Shown in pieces: positions 36,791 through 49,618 of a stretch of DNA of 64,000 bases; the first letter of the stretch is position 1; the number at the start of each line of letters is the position of its first letter. A model generated the notes under the pieces. That model saw nothing but the letters and a program-made list of their open reading frames with translations, did not search any database and was not told the origin of the DNA. A program made the translations under genes and the position numbers. Where the stretch lies: assembly GCF_018350175.1 (NCBI RefSeq), contig NC_058368.1, positions 194,372,001-194,436,000 of the forward strand, read 5' to 3'. The DNA is from Felis catus (lineage: Eukaryota).

Positions 36791-37880
36791 ATTAAAGAGA
36801 ATCAAGATTAAACAATAACATAACCTTCGAGGCTCGTGGGACAGTATCAAATGGTGTAAAATGTATGTAAGGGCATCCTTCCTAATAACATGCCTGCAAA
36901 TATTGTGAACATTCCTAAAACCTACTGGACTTTCTGTTAAGAAGGATGGCAAGTACCAATCCCACAAAATGACACATATAAGAAGTCCAAGAATTCTCTG
37001 TATGCCTAGGGAAAGTGATATTATGACAGGAAGTAGAGCGATTTTCTGGAAAAAGACAAACTACAAAGAAGATTGTGCTAAGGTTTGAATATGTTGAGCC
37101 AACTGTAGATCTCAGAGAATGTTGGCTATTCAAAGATTCAAGCATTTGAGCTGGGAGGAGAAAAGAAAATGAAGGGCCAAATGACCCAAGACTAAGCCTT
37201 ATCTTTTATTATGAAGACAATAAAATTTTTAGTTTACATATATTTAGTTTACCATATATACATGGGAAGGGGTGTGGGGAGGAGAGTTCTAGAGTAGGGA
37301 AAAGAAAAACATGACAGAAAAAAAATGAGGGGAAAACTGGTCAAATATTTTCCAAAATTGGGAAAAACACAAATTTGCAGATCCAAGAAATTCATCAAAT
37401 CCCAGTTGGGATAATTACAAAGAAAACCAACCTAGACTTATAACCCAGCTTCTGAAAACCAAAGGTAAGCAGATACCCTGAAAGTAGCCAGAGGAAAAAG
37501 ATAACTTACATACAGGGGACATTATAGTCCCCATCATAAGAATTATAGCTGGTATCTCCACAAAAGGAGGCTAGAAGACAAGGGAACAAAGTTTAAACTG
37601 TTAAAAGAAAACTTATTTTACCCGGAATCCTATGCCCAGTAAAAATCACTGTCAAAATGAGGGCAAAATGAAGATACTTCAGATAAATTCGAACTATAAG
37701 AATTTATTACAGAAGATCTACACTTCAAGGAATAGTAAATCCTATTGTTCAAATGTAGGGAAAATGATGATAGATTAAAACTTAGCATTATAGAAACTAA
37801 TGCAGATCACCAGAAATCATAAATGTATGTTTTAATATTAAAAAGTCTATCTATTTTTCTTTTATTTAAAAGACCTGTGA

Positions 37881-38086
37881 AGGCACCTGGGTGGCTCAAT
37901 CAGTTGAGCATCCAGCTTTTGATTTTGGCTCAAGGTCATGATCACATGGTTGATGATTTCCAGCCCTGTGTCAGTTTCTCTGCTGACAGTGTGGAGCCTG
38001 CTTGAGATTCAATCTCTCTCCTTCTGTGACATATACCCATGTGCACGCTCTCTCTCAAAAACAAACTTAAAAAAATAAAATAAATA
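37881..38086 (+). mobile_element. Can-SINE
   Basis: Flanks aaaagacctgtga / aaaagacacgtga. Confidence 0.9.
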
Positions 38087-38933
38087 AAAGACACGTGACT
38101 GCTTACATGAATAATTTTAACTTACAACACTACATATCGTGCTGTTTCATAGGTGTGTATCATAGTGCATACATAGGTGTAACATAGAGGGTCAACATCC
38201 CCATGGATGAATGGTCAAATAGGCCAAAGGTGTTGCAAGTTTTACATGGATTTGTAAGATAGAACTAACTCTAAGTGCACTGTAATAGATTAAAAATGCA
38301 TATTGTTATCTCTAGGGAACCATCAAAAACATAGAGCTGAAACATATAGCTAAAAATCCAATAAAATGGACTACTAAAACTATTTGATTAGACTAAAAAT
38401 AATCAGGAAAGAATGGGGAAACAATATATAAATGAGGTAGTCTGAATTAATGGAAACAAACAGAAATGATACACTTAAATCTACCTAATCAGTAATTACA
38501 TTAAACAAAAATGGATTGAATTCTTCAATTAAGAATGAAAAAGGATTGACTGGATATAAAAAGAACTATATGCTGTCTACAAAGAATGCCATTTAAATTA
38601 ATAATAATTTAAAACTAGAAGAATGAAAAACGACTTACCATGCAAATAAACATAATAAAGCTGGACTGACTGTATTAATAGTGGACAAAATAGAATTTAA
38701 GGCAAGGAGTATTTACAAGAGATAAAGAAGACTATTTCATAGTAATAAAACTGGTAGTTTTTCAGAAAGACAATAATCATAAATGACCATAATCATAAAT
38801 ATATGTGCCTAATAAAAGATCTTCAAAAAACATCAAGCAAAATTTAAAGACCTAAAGGGGAAAATAGACAAATCCACAATAGTCAGTAGCAACTTTAACA
38901 TTCCTCTCTGTGTAACTTACAGAGTAATCAAAC

Positions 38934-38969
<36 letters not shown>

Positions 38970-39172
38970 AAAGTAATAATCAAATCATCAAATAAATCAG
39001 AAAGCACATAAAAAATCTGAACTTCTTAATCACTTTGACCTAGATAACATTATAGAGCACTAAATTTAGTAACTTCAAACTACCCATTCTTTTCAAGTGT
39101 ACATAGAATGTTCCAAAAAGCAGATGTTGGGCCATAAAAGAAAAAATTCTCAAAGTTTTATAAGATTCTGGC

Positions 39173-39250
39173 TACAATGGAATTAATTATATACAATGGA
39201 ATTATATACAATGGAATTATATACAATGGAATTATATACAATGGAATTAA
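39173..39250. repeat. 15-bp minisatellite (TACAATGGAATTATA), about 5 units
   Basis: Direct reading. Confidence 0.92.
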
Positions 39251-42200
39251 TATATACATATATGAAATAAACAGTACACATAGAAATAATAATCCATGAG
39301 TGAAAGAAGTTATGGGAAAATTAAAAAGTATTTCAAAATGACATCAAAATTTGATGAATGTAGCTAAAACAGTGGTTAGGGAGAAAGGTGTGACCGCAAA
39401 TGCTTATATTAGAAAGGGGAATGCATTTATAATTAACAATCTCTTTCCAACCTAAAAAGCTAGGCAAATAAAATCCAACACAGGTACAAGAAATAAAATG
39501 CTACAGGTAAGAACAAATAGAAAAAGTTAAAGCCCAAAGCAAGTTTTTTGAAACGATTAAAATTGATTAACTCCTCACAAAATAAAGAAAAAACAAAAAA
39601 CAAAAACAAAAACTGGAAAGCCACAATTACCAACCTGAGGAGTGAGAGAGAAAACATCACTAAAAACCCTGTAGCTATTAGAAAGGATAGGACAAATAAA
39701 TACAGTGTTACTTAAAAAAGAAAAGTGAGGGCAGAGAAGCTACAGTAGGCTTCCTTTCTGTAGGAAAGAAGGGGAAATAAAACTTACAGAAATCTCGTGT
39801 GCACAAAAAGCAAAGTAGAAAAGATGAATCATAAATGAGACAGATTTGTCACCTACAGTGTATGTGCAGGATGGAAGGGTTGGGGGGATGGTAACTAGAT
39901 AGAAGGGATGGCAGAGGTTGCAAAAGTGATACATTCTAAGTGTAATTTTTTGTATAGTCCTGGCTTTTAGAATCCTATTATTTTAATATGCTTATCAACA
40001 AAATCAACAAAGGTGGTGGGGGTGAGAATAAAGTGAAATAAAAACAGAAATAAAAGAACATAACTGTTATTCAAATGAATAACATAATCACACTGAAGAA
40101 AAATGAACGGTTCTAATGAACTTTTGAATAGATTACTTTCAGTCTATAGCCTCAAGCTAAAAACAAGAACAGTAAACAAATATTAAACTCTAGGCAATTG
40201 ATGTATTTTTCAGTTTAGCAACACTAAATTTGCAAAATTTAGTAATTTACCATTACTAAATATTAATACTAATAGTTAGCAATATTCAAATTACATATAT
40301 TGTAGGATTGAGGAAATAAGTAAACATATTTTGGATAATGAGAATCATGTTTCTCAGTATCAAAGAAGAGAAATAGGAATATGGAAGGGGCTTCCCCCTA
40401 GAGTGGATCCAGTGGAATTGGAAGTATCCATATAAACTCAGTCTCAGATGCAGATGTGGCTACATCTGTATATGTACATACCTACACATACGTATATATA
40501 TCTCCTTAAGAGATTTACAAGCAATGACATCCAGTAGCAAAGAACAGGTCATGTCTACATGATAGTCTCTAGAGACCATTCTTAACTATAAGACCTTGAA
40601 GAAAGGGCTGACTTTAGGGCTTCAGAGGCAAAATGTAATATGAACCTGGAACTTTCCAAAGTTAAGTAGCATTAAAGAAAAATTAGTATACATCAAAGAC
40701 ACAAAAACTAGTTGAAAGGGACTTTCTCTAGCCAAATCTGAGAAAATGTTAGCAAAACCAATAAGTTATAGTACTGGATTTTACCTAACATATTAGAATC
40801 CAAGAGACTGTACACACATATATAAATGCAAAAATTAACAGGGGTGATGCAAAAACTCTTCTTACAGTACAATGCCAAGTAAAATGTAGCGGGAACGATG
40901 AAACCAAAACCACCATTGAGTAATTGCCTTTGTAGTAACAGTTTAAGGCTAGAATCATTGGTGCTAAAACTAAAAGGTGAATGCTTAACAAAAAGCAGGA
41001 TGTTTTCAGAGTCTCAACATATTATTTATATTTGGTAATTACAAAAGGAAAAGCAGTAATTTTTTGGTAGAGAAAATTCGCAGACACCCACAAAACCAAG
41101 TCATCAAAGTTGGCAACACCATGAATGATTCTAATAGATATCAATCACATGCCTATTGATTTGATTTACTGAAAAGGACACATATCATTTGAGACATTCC
41201 TGACAAAAACTTATAACTGAAATCTAGCAACAAGAAAAATATTGTTTTGAAGACAGAAATTGGGAGTCATTCTATAAGAATGCCCAGGTCATGAGAGACA
41301 GTTTAAGACTAAGCAACTATTCCAGATTAAAGGAGATTTTAGAGATTTGACAACTAAATTAAATGTGTGATTTTGAAATAGAACTTTTGAGGTTTCAGTG
41401 GCTTAGGGTTTTTTTGTTTCTGTTTTTGTCTCTTAGTGAATAGTGAAACAATTGATGAAATTTGATTAAGGTCTATATATTGGATAATAGCATTATATCA
41501 ACATTCATTTCCTGATTTTGAAAATTCCATTGTCATTATGAAAGATGCTTGTTTTTAGGAAATACACATTGATGTATAGGGATCAATGGGCTATCATATC
41601 TGTAACTGAGTACACAGTATTGAGTTCAGGAAAATATTTATATTTATGTTATATAATATTTATATTATATTTTATATGTATACATGTATATAAAAGAGAA
41701 AACAAAGTATGTTAATAAAGTTAACATTTGAGGAATCTGACTGAACGGTGTGCAGATGTTATTTGCATTATTTTTGTGTCTTCCATTTCTAATTTTAAAA
41801 AGTTAAAGGCCAATTAAGGAACATAGGAAAAATTATGCAAATTCAACAAAAAAGCAATGGACCAATTCCTTGAAAAATCATAACCTATCAAACACACACA
41901 AAAGAAACTAATTATCTGAAGACGCTTTGACTGATAAAGAAATAAAATTCATTATTAAAAACTTTTTCCAAAAGAAAATTCTAAGCCCAAATTGTGTAAC
42001 TAGTGAATACTATCAAACAATTAAGGACAAAATGATACCTATTGTACACAAACTTGTTTATACAAGAAGAGAACCCTTTCCAACTCAGTATACCTTGATA
42101 CAAAAATATCTAAGTCATTGAGGAAAAAAACTACTACCAATTAATCTTTTATGAACATAGATGAAAATACCCATCACAAAATATTAACAAATCAAAACCC

Positions 42201-43011
42201 TATGTTTATGAAATTGACACTAAAGTATTTAGGGTGAATAAGCATGAGGTCTACAAATTACTTTCGAATGGTTAAAAAATAAATACACCTCTCTATCTCC
42301 ACGTAGATAGGATAATGATGAAGCAAAAGGGGAAAAATGCAGACTGCCAAATGTAGATAAGGAGTGTGCAAGAGTTTCTTGAACTGTTCTTGCAACTCTT
42401 ATGTAATTTGAAATTTTATTGATCTAAAGGTTACAAAAAACCTATTTATGGTCACAGCTTAACAATATGCATTTTATTTACCCTTGTCAAATAATGCTTT
42501 GGGACTACAGAACACTACATAAGTATAATCTGATTAAACTACACTAATTTTTTAATTAAAATCTAATAATATTATATCCTAAGATATATCTATATCCTTT
42601 CTAGACTGGATTTCATACCCACTTGTCTCCTTAGAATAAAATCTTGATTTTGAGAAACAGCAGGTAAATGCAGTTGCGGTGTTGGCCATCGTATCACTCA
42701 TTAATTACTGTCCCATTCTCCCTTCTCAATATTTCTAGTATTTGTCTCTCCTACCAGTCTCTGTGGCCACTGTGGACACCATACTCTTGAGGTCATCCTG
42801 AGTTAATTACTAATTGCCTCCCATCCAACTTCACTGTCAAACTATTCTTCCAACAGCCAAAGAAATTATCTTTTATTCTGTTAAATTTCACGCCTCCTCG
42901 GATGAAAATCCAACAATAACTCAACATTACCTGTTGTATAGGATCCATGCCTCTTATCATTTTGAACAAGATCTCTTATGATTCAAACCGGTCACTGCTC
43001 AAGTCCACCTT

Positions 43012-43653
43012 CACGGATAGGCAGAAGTCTAAGATGACCCACAGTAACCCATTCCTTTATAATCTTCTCCCCTTGAGTGTGGGAAGGAACTTAACTTTCT
43101 TCTAACCACAGAATATGGCAAAAGTAATAAGACGTCACTTCTGTGATTACATTATATTACATGGTAAACTGAAGAGATTTTGCAGTTGAAATTCAAGTCC
43201 CAAACGGTTGACTACAACTTCATCAAAACGAAGACCATCAGGTGGGGTCCTTTCAAAAGGGCCAGGAATTCCAAGCATAGAGATCCTTTTGGTCCCCGAA
43301 ACAATCAAACAGTGATGATATGAACTGCCTATGGACAAAGCCACAGGGCAAGGAACTGTGGGGACCTCTAGGAGCTGAGAAGAACCATTGGCTGACCGTC
43401 AGCACGAAATTGCGAAGCTCAGTCTTAGAGTAACAGGTAATTGAATTCCACCAGCAACCACATGAGCTTGGCAGACGACCCAAGCTCTAGATGAGGGAGC
43501 AGAGGCTGGATGACCTGGCATTCCGGGTTATGAGAATCTGGGCAAAGAAGCCAGATAAGCCAGGTCTCCACTGCTACCCAACTGTGATTGAAATCAGGCA
43601 TGTAAGCTGCCAAGTTTGTGGTAACTTGGCACACAGAATTAGAAAACTAATAC
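43012..43653 (+). mobile_element. MaLR MLT1E/F-like LTR
   Basis: ggcagaagtctaagatgaccc...ccccttgagtgtggg...agaatatggcaaaag; ends aagtttgtggtaac...aaaactaataca. Confidence 0.75.
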
Positions 43654-44634
43654 ACCTGCCAAAGACCATCTGTGCCTTTTCTCTACTATGCTACGCAGAA
43701 CTCCCTCGTGTGTCAAAAGTTTTGTGTATGCTTGAAAAGGTGTCTTTTCATTCTGCCACCTTTAAGTTAAAGGTAGTTATAACCCTGTCTTTGCTACCTA
43801 TTTCCTTTATCCATATACCATATTCTAATATTGGTTTAAACATTTGTCGTTCCTACTAGACTAGCTCCTGATGGCAGAGACAGGGTCTCATCTGGATATT
43901 TCCCTAGTAATTGTCTTATAGAAGATTTTCAATACCTCTTAGTTCAGATGGCTCTGACTAGGAAAAAAAAAACACAAAAAAACAAAAAACCTCTATATCA
44001 ATAAGCACTTTCCTTTTTGTCATTTTTTTCTATGAAGGAAATTAGTAGATATGGATTTTTTCAAATTATTTTATGCCATAGGAAAGAAATACATTAAGAA
44101 ACATGCATAAATTCACATAGAAGTTTCTAAATCCAACATAGTAATCGATAACCTTAATTCCTGGTCCATAGCTACAAATACCACTACAGTTACTGTAACA
44201 TTTAATTTTTCTCGAAACAGAACAATGAAGGCTGCCAGCAAACTCTCTAATCACAGGGGGAGACAAAAGAGATGGTGACTGCTGACGTTTTACAAAAGCC
44301 TTATTAGTATGCTTGAGTACTAGAAAAGAACCAAATAAATGAGCTGTACTTCTAAGGAGAACCAGGAATCCAGCACACTTAAAGAGATCCACAGAAAACT
44401 GAGAATGGATTTAAGAAGCATAATCTTGATTGTGAAACAGAGCAACAGAATAGGAACGATGGGATGTGTGTCACTGAACGCATCAATCCTCAGCTACTTT
44501 GCTTCCTGGGTTACATAGGGCAACGTTTCTTCCATATTCCCCCTTCACTAACACAGACCTTGTCCCCATAAGGAAATACCAGAGATAGGACTCCATTAGA
44601 TACCACTCCATTAGATAAAAATCAAAAATGTTTA

Positions 44635-44848
44635 GGGGTGCCTGGGTGGCTCAGTCGGTTAAGCGTCCAACTTCGGCTCAGGTCATGATCTCTCAGTCTG
44701 TGAGTTCACACCCTGTGTCGGGCTCTGTGATGACAGCTCAGAGCCTGGAGCCTGTTTCAGATTCTGTGTCTCCCTCTCTCTCTGACCCTGTCCTGTTCAT
44801 GCTCTCTCTCTCTCTGTCTCAAAAATAAATGTTAAAAAAATTTTTTTT
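44635..44848 (+). mobile_element. Can-SINE
   Basis: Near-consensus; flanks aaatgttta / aaatgtcta. Confidence 0.93.
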
Positions 44849-44929
44849 GAAATGTCTAAAAAAGAAACTGTTGTAATTTGGGGGTAAAAAAACTGCTATG
44901 CTTTTAGTGAAAATTAGACATTTTATCAA

Positions 44930-45130
44930 TTTTTTAATCAGTTGTTTAATGTTTATTCATGTTGAGAGAGAAAGAGAAAGCAGGGAAGGGGCAGAAAGAG
45001 AGATGCAAAGAGAGAATCCCAAGCAGGCTCTGTGCTGTCAGCGTAGAACCCCACAGAGGGCTCAGTCTCACGAACCATGACATCATGACCTGAACTGAAA
45101 TCAAGAGTTGAAGGCTTATCATAGGCTCCA
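44930..45130 (-). mobile_element. Can-SINE (older)
   Basis: T tail, AG tract, gagaatcccaagcaggctc...catgacctgaactgaaatcaagagttg. Confidence 0.85.
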
Positions 45131-45281
45131 GTGACTTGGATAGAGCAAACATTACGAGAACTTAAAAAATCTTTGGGGAGATCACCAAAAGTCCACACAT
45201 GCTCTCTCATGAGTCCAGTAAATGACAGAGTTCTAAACACTGCAGCGTATCACCTCACTCATCCTGATATAACTTTAAAGA

Positions 45282-45283
<2 letters not shown>

Positions 45284-45325
<42 letters not shown>
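45284..45325. repeat. (CA)n microsatellite, about 21 units
   Basis: Direct reading. Confidence 0.95.
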
Positions 45326-45328
<3 letters not shown>

Positions 45329-46520
45329 CTATTTCAGAATCTAGACTGGTCATAATGCAGTCTCCTCCTACATCCCCCGCCTGCCACTCTTTCCTAAGTC
45401 GTTGTCTTTCACATAGTGAACCCCCACTTTTCTTTCTAAATGATTTTTCCTTCATTGATCTTTTTCCTCTTAGCTGAAGATTCCTGCTTTCCCTTGATGA
45501 AAAAGGGACATATTTTTAGTACATCATAAAAACGGGTTACAGCTAAAATAGATTCTAGAAAGAAAATGACCAGCTGTGTAATCTTAGACACATTACTTAA
45601 ATTTTCCGGGTCTCCTTAATGCTAAAATGGAGATAACCAAGGTATCCACTTCACAAACTAATCAGGAATAAGTGAAGCCATGCATACATGATAAGCCCTC
45701 AAAAAGAACTAGCTCTTACTGTCTCTTGAATATTACACTAATAACCTCACTTAGAAAAGGTGCTTTTCCCACTTTATTGACTACCTGCTGATATACCAAG
45801 AATTAGTAGAACTCCTAGAGGGACCAAGACTGTAAACAACTCCATATTTGTGCCCCCAACTTCCTTCTCCACTCCACCCCCATTCCCATAATTTCTAGAC
45901 TGTTTAAAACATTATTTCAGAAGAAGTGAAATGCCATTCTAAGTAGGGTCAATACCACCTGTGGAGTATACATAGAAGGAGGTAAGGGCTAGCCATTTCC
46001 ATATTAATTTCAAAGGTCTCAGGATAAGTTTCCTGTCTATAGATGGTAAGGTCACCTATTCCCTTTGACTGCTTGCCACTTACTAACCAAGCACAAGCCA
46101 AACAGCCACCAGACCATACTCTAAGAACCCTGTACCCTCCACGCCTGACTGAGGACTTGCTCCTTCTTTGCACAAACTGCTAACAAAAATGTAAATAAGT
46201 CACACTATATTCAAAGTGTCATCAGCATGACATTAATACTTTTAAGTAGGCCCCAAATATTTGGAAATATTTTATATATGTGAGATGAATAATCTTCCAT
46301 GCACAATTTTCCTCGATTGAATTCAATGGACTAATACCCTGTATTTCTTCATATTGATGGATTAGGTTACACCTGTTACTCCAAGTATGTATGTGCCATA
46401 AAGTCATTTTTTCAGGTTATTACAACCATTGAGGTAATCCTCTCCGTATGTCAATGTTCTTTCTTCTTCTTACTTGCAATTAAACCCCAATTTGTTTGGA
46501 AATTTTGGCTTGTAGATTTA

Positions 46521-46736
46521 TTTTTTTAATTTTTTTTAATATTTATTTTTGAGAGAGACAGAGACAGAATGTGAGTGAGTTAGGGGCAGAGAGAGAGGGA
46601 GACACAGAATCCGAAGCAGGCTTTAGGCTCTGAGCCATCAACACAAAGCCCAGCGTGGGGCTCGAACTCACAGAGCTGTGAGATCATGACCTGAGCCAAA
46701 GTCAGACGCTCAACTGACTGAGCCACCCAGGCGCCC
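46521..46736 (-). mobile_element. Can-SINE
   Basis: Perfect TSD TTGGCTTGTAGATTTA on both sides. Confidence 0.95.
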
Positions 46737-47820
46737 ATTGGCTTGTAGATTTATGAACCAGTAACCATTGAAACAGTCAAACCAGTGGGCTTACACACAT
46801 TCCTGCTTTTATAAACAGGCAGCTGAATCTAAGGGAAGGGTCCTAAGTTGGGGGGAGAGTAGGAGGTGGGTGAAAGGTCAGGGTTTTGGAGTTGGGGGTG
46901 GACACTCTGCTTCCATGTTCTGTCAAGTTTCCCAACTTCTATAAACCTCATTCTTTGGTCCACACAATATGGGTGATACCTGCAAAAACACTGTCAGGCT
47001 GTTTTGGGGACCAAACGAGATATCCTATGTCAATTGTTTAGCAAAATGCTTCATTTACCATAAGGATTTAATTCATTGCAACTATATAGGGCCATGAAAA
47101 TAGCCTGAAATAAGATTTAGAAGATACTTGTTCTCACTTAGGTCTATTATTAACCACTTCTTTGGGGTGAGTCATTTTCATTTTATGCCCTTCAATTTCC
47201 TCATTCATGTATATGAGTGGATAGACCAACTTTTCTATGAGTGATCTTTTAGTTCTACCATGTCCTTAGTTTAATTGAAATCTTACTGATTCAGGGTCAG
47301 GATGATGAACATCAGTGATGATTCTTTTATGCTTTTGACACATATATTGTAATAAACACTATTAGAGACTGGATAAACCACAATGAAAAGAATGCCATGG
47401 ACTTGCTGATAAGGTAGTAGTAGCAATCACTATATAGATGACTGTTTGCCCATTCTTTAGATGACCCAAATTGTTCTTGTCTGTTCTACCCCTCCTTTCC
47501 TTGACCTTCACTCACCAGCCATCTCTTGTGAGTGGGAGGGTGTCTAACCCTAGTCACAATTTGCCACATTTAATTTGCTATGAGTAATGAAATCAAATGA
47601 CTAATTTTCTTAAAACTGAATAGTTCTACAAAAAGAAATTTGTAAAGAGAAAGCATATTTCTGTCTATGTGACAACTTCTGTTTTTTTTTTGTTTTTTTT
47701 TTAAGGTTTGCATTTTCACCATACTTCAGATGATTGATCCCCAAATACTGTGAGTTATCACATTTTCCTTCTTCTTAGAATAGGTGGAGAGACTGAGAAG
47801 AGCACTTCAACACCATTATT

Positions 47821-48027
47821 TTTTTTTTCAACGTTTATTTTTGGGACAGAGAGAGACAGAGCATGAACGGTGGAGGGGCAGAGAGAGAGGGAGACACAGA
47901 ATCGGAAACAGGCTCCAGGCTCTGAGCCAACAGCCCAGAGCCTGACGTGGGGCTCGAACTCACGGACCGCGAGATCGTGACCTGACTGAAGTCGGACGCT
48001 CAACGTACTGCGCCACCCAGGCGCCCC
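47821..48027 (-). mobile_element. Young Can-SINE (SINEC_Fc-type)
   Basis: TSD AACACCATTATT at 47809-47820 and 48028-48039; CpGs intact. Confidence 0.96.
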
Positions 48028-49102
48028 AACACCATTATTAAAAGGTACTTTATGTTAAAAAAATTTCAGTGTCACACTTTCCTTAAAAAAAATATTCCTT
48101 ACACATTAACTTTAGTAGAATGTTCTATAGTCATGCTTACTGGAAATACTATGAACTTAATGTGTACACTAATACAAATAAAAAAAGCCTTATAACAATC
48201 TTATCACCAAAGGTAGAATTTTGCTTTTAAAGAGAACATATGAGGAACATTCACATGGCCAGAGTGGTAATTTTCACCAAGAATAGGACAAAAAAGAATA
48301 GAAACACAGCAAAAAGGAATGAATAGAAACAGGACAAAGTCGCCTTGACTACAACATGCACCTCATACATTTAAGTTTGGAAAAATAGTCACATTTTTAT
48401 TATTGTTTTTGGCTTCAATTCAATTCAGATTTCATATATCAGTCATTACATGAGTTATCGATTATAATTTTGACATCACTGTCCAAATTTCTTCAGTCAT
48501 TGAAAAGAAAATGAAAATGATTTATTCAATCATTATATGCTTTGATAAAATAAAATTAGTGAGGTAGGAGGCATTTTCACTATGTATTTCCTGTCTACAA
48601 TATTTAGAAAATACTCATAGGACATATAAAGGGAACATGAAATCAAATCAGTACAATTATTTTGAAGTTTTATAGAACTCTGGCTTTTTAATACATTTTA
48701 AAGAAACAGATTACAAAACCCACTATTTTTTCGTTTAATTGGGATCAAAACTCTTCTAGGACTTCCTCTCAGAATAGACCCAGGGCAGTTCTAGGTTAAT
48801 AGCACATCTTCAATGAACATTTTTTTCTTTTTCTACAACCTTAGAACAGCTTTAGCATCAAAGCTTCGGATTTCAGGTTGAAACTTAAGCCTCACAAGTG
48901 ATTCTGAAGCTCCCAACCCAATGGTTCCAAGCTGCTGCAGGGCCTGTCCTTGGAGGGCTCATCAGAAGCCAATGTAAAACCGTCTGGAAGAAAATAACAC
49001 CCTCTACTGGCTAAGATCCTATCAGATAAAATACCAATGAAGAAAAATTAAAAATACACAAGGAAAGCCTACAACATTAGTGAGAGGTAATAGGCATAAC
49101 AA

Positions 49103-49320
49103 GGGGCAACCTGGGTGGCTCAGTCAGTTAAGCATTGACTTTTGATTTCAGCGAGGTCATCAACTCACAGTTTGTGGGTTTGAGCTCCAAGTCAGGCTCC
49201 ACACTGTCAGCACAGAGCCTGCTTGCGAGCCTTCTCTTTCTGCTCTCTCCCCTTCTCTCTCTGACCCTCTCCTGTTTGTGATCAAGCTTTCTCAAAATAA
49301 ATAAAACTGAAAAAAAATAA
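49103..49320 (+). mobile_element. Can-SINE
   Basis: Head and tail present; flanks cataacaag / catagcaag. Confidence 0.88.
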
Positions 49321-49414
49321 ACATAGCAAGATGGCTAAAACCCCAAGAACTTTAAATAGGCAATCTAAAAAGAATGTAAACTAACTCTAAGACCATTTTA
49401 AAAAACCAACCACT

Positions 49415-49618
49415 GGGGCACCTGGGTGGCTCAGTGGGTCAAGGGTCTGACTTCAGCTCAGGTCATGATCTCACGGTCTGTGAGTTCCAGCCCTGTGTCG
49501 GACTCTGTGCTGACAGCTCAGAGCCTGGAGCTTGCCTTGGATTCTGTGTCTCCCTCTGTCTCTGCTCCTCCCCCACGCGTGCTGGCTCTCAAAAATAAAC
49601 ATTAAAAAAGTTATTTAA
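49415..49618 (+). mobile_element. Can-SINE
   Basis: TSD TTTTAAAAAACCAACCA on both sides. Confidence 0.93.

Larger units (their letters stand above)
34780..42200 (+). mobile_element. Ancient fragmented L1M (5' region, ORF1 and ORF2 EN relics) hosting several later insertions
   Basis: ORF1-like ccggaatcctatgcccag (37622); EN-like tatgctgtctacaaag, ctttaacattcctctct, ttcttttcaagtgtacatagaatgttc; ORF2 resumes ~41810 (atggaccaattccttgaaa) after an L1MC/MD-like 3'UTR insert at ~39700-41800. Confidence 0.65.

Noticed and set aside
23424..39250. Short tandem arrays (23424, 30749, 39173) as CRISPR-like arrays
   Set aside because: They are head-to-tail repeats without unique spacers, in a mammalian context with no cas genes.
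44590..44617. ACTCCATTAGATA repeated with a 2-bp spacer, as an insertion footprint
   Set aside because: Most simply a 15-bp tandem micro-duplication with no associated element.
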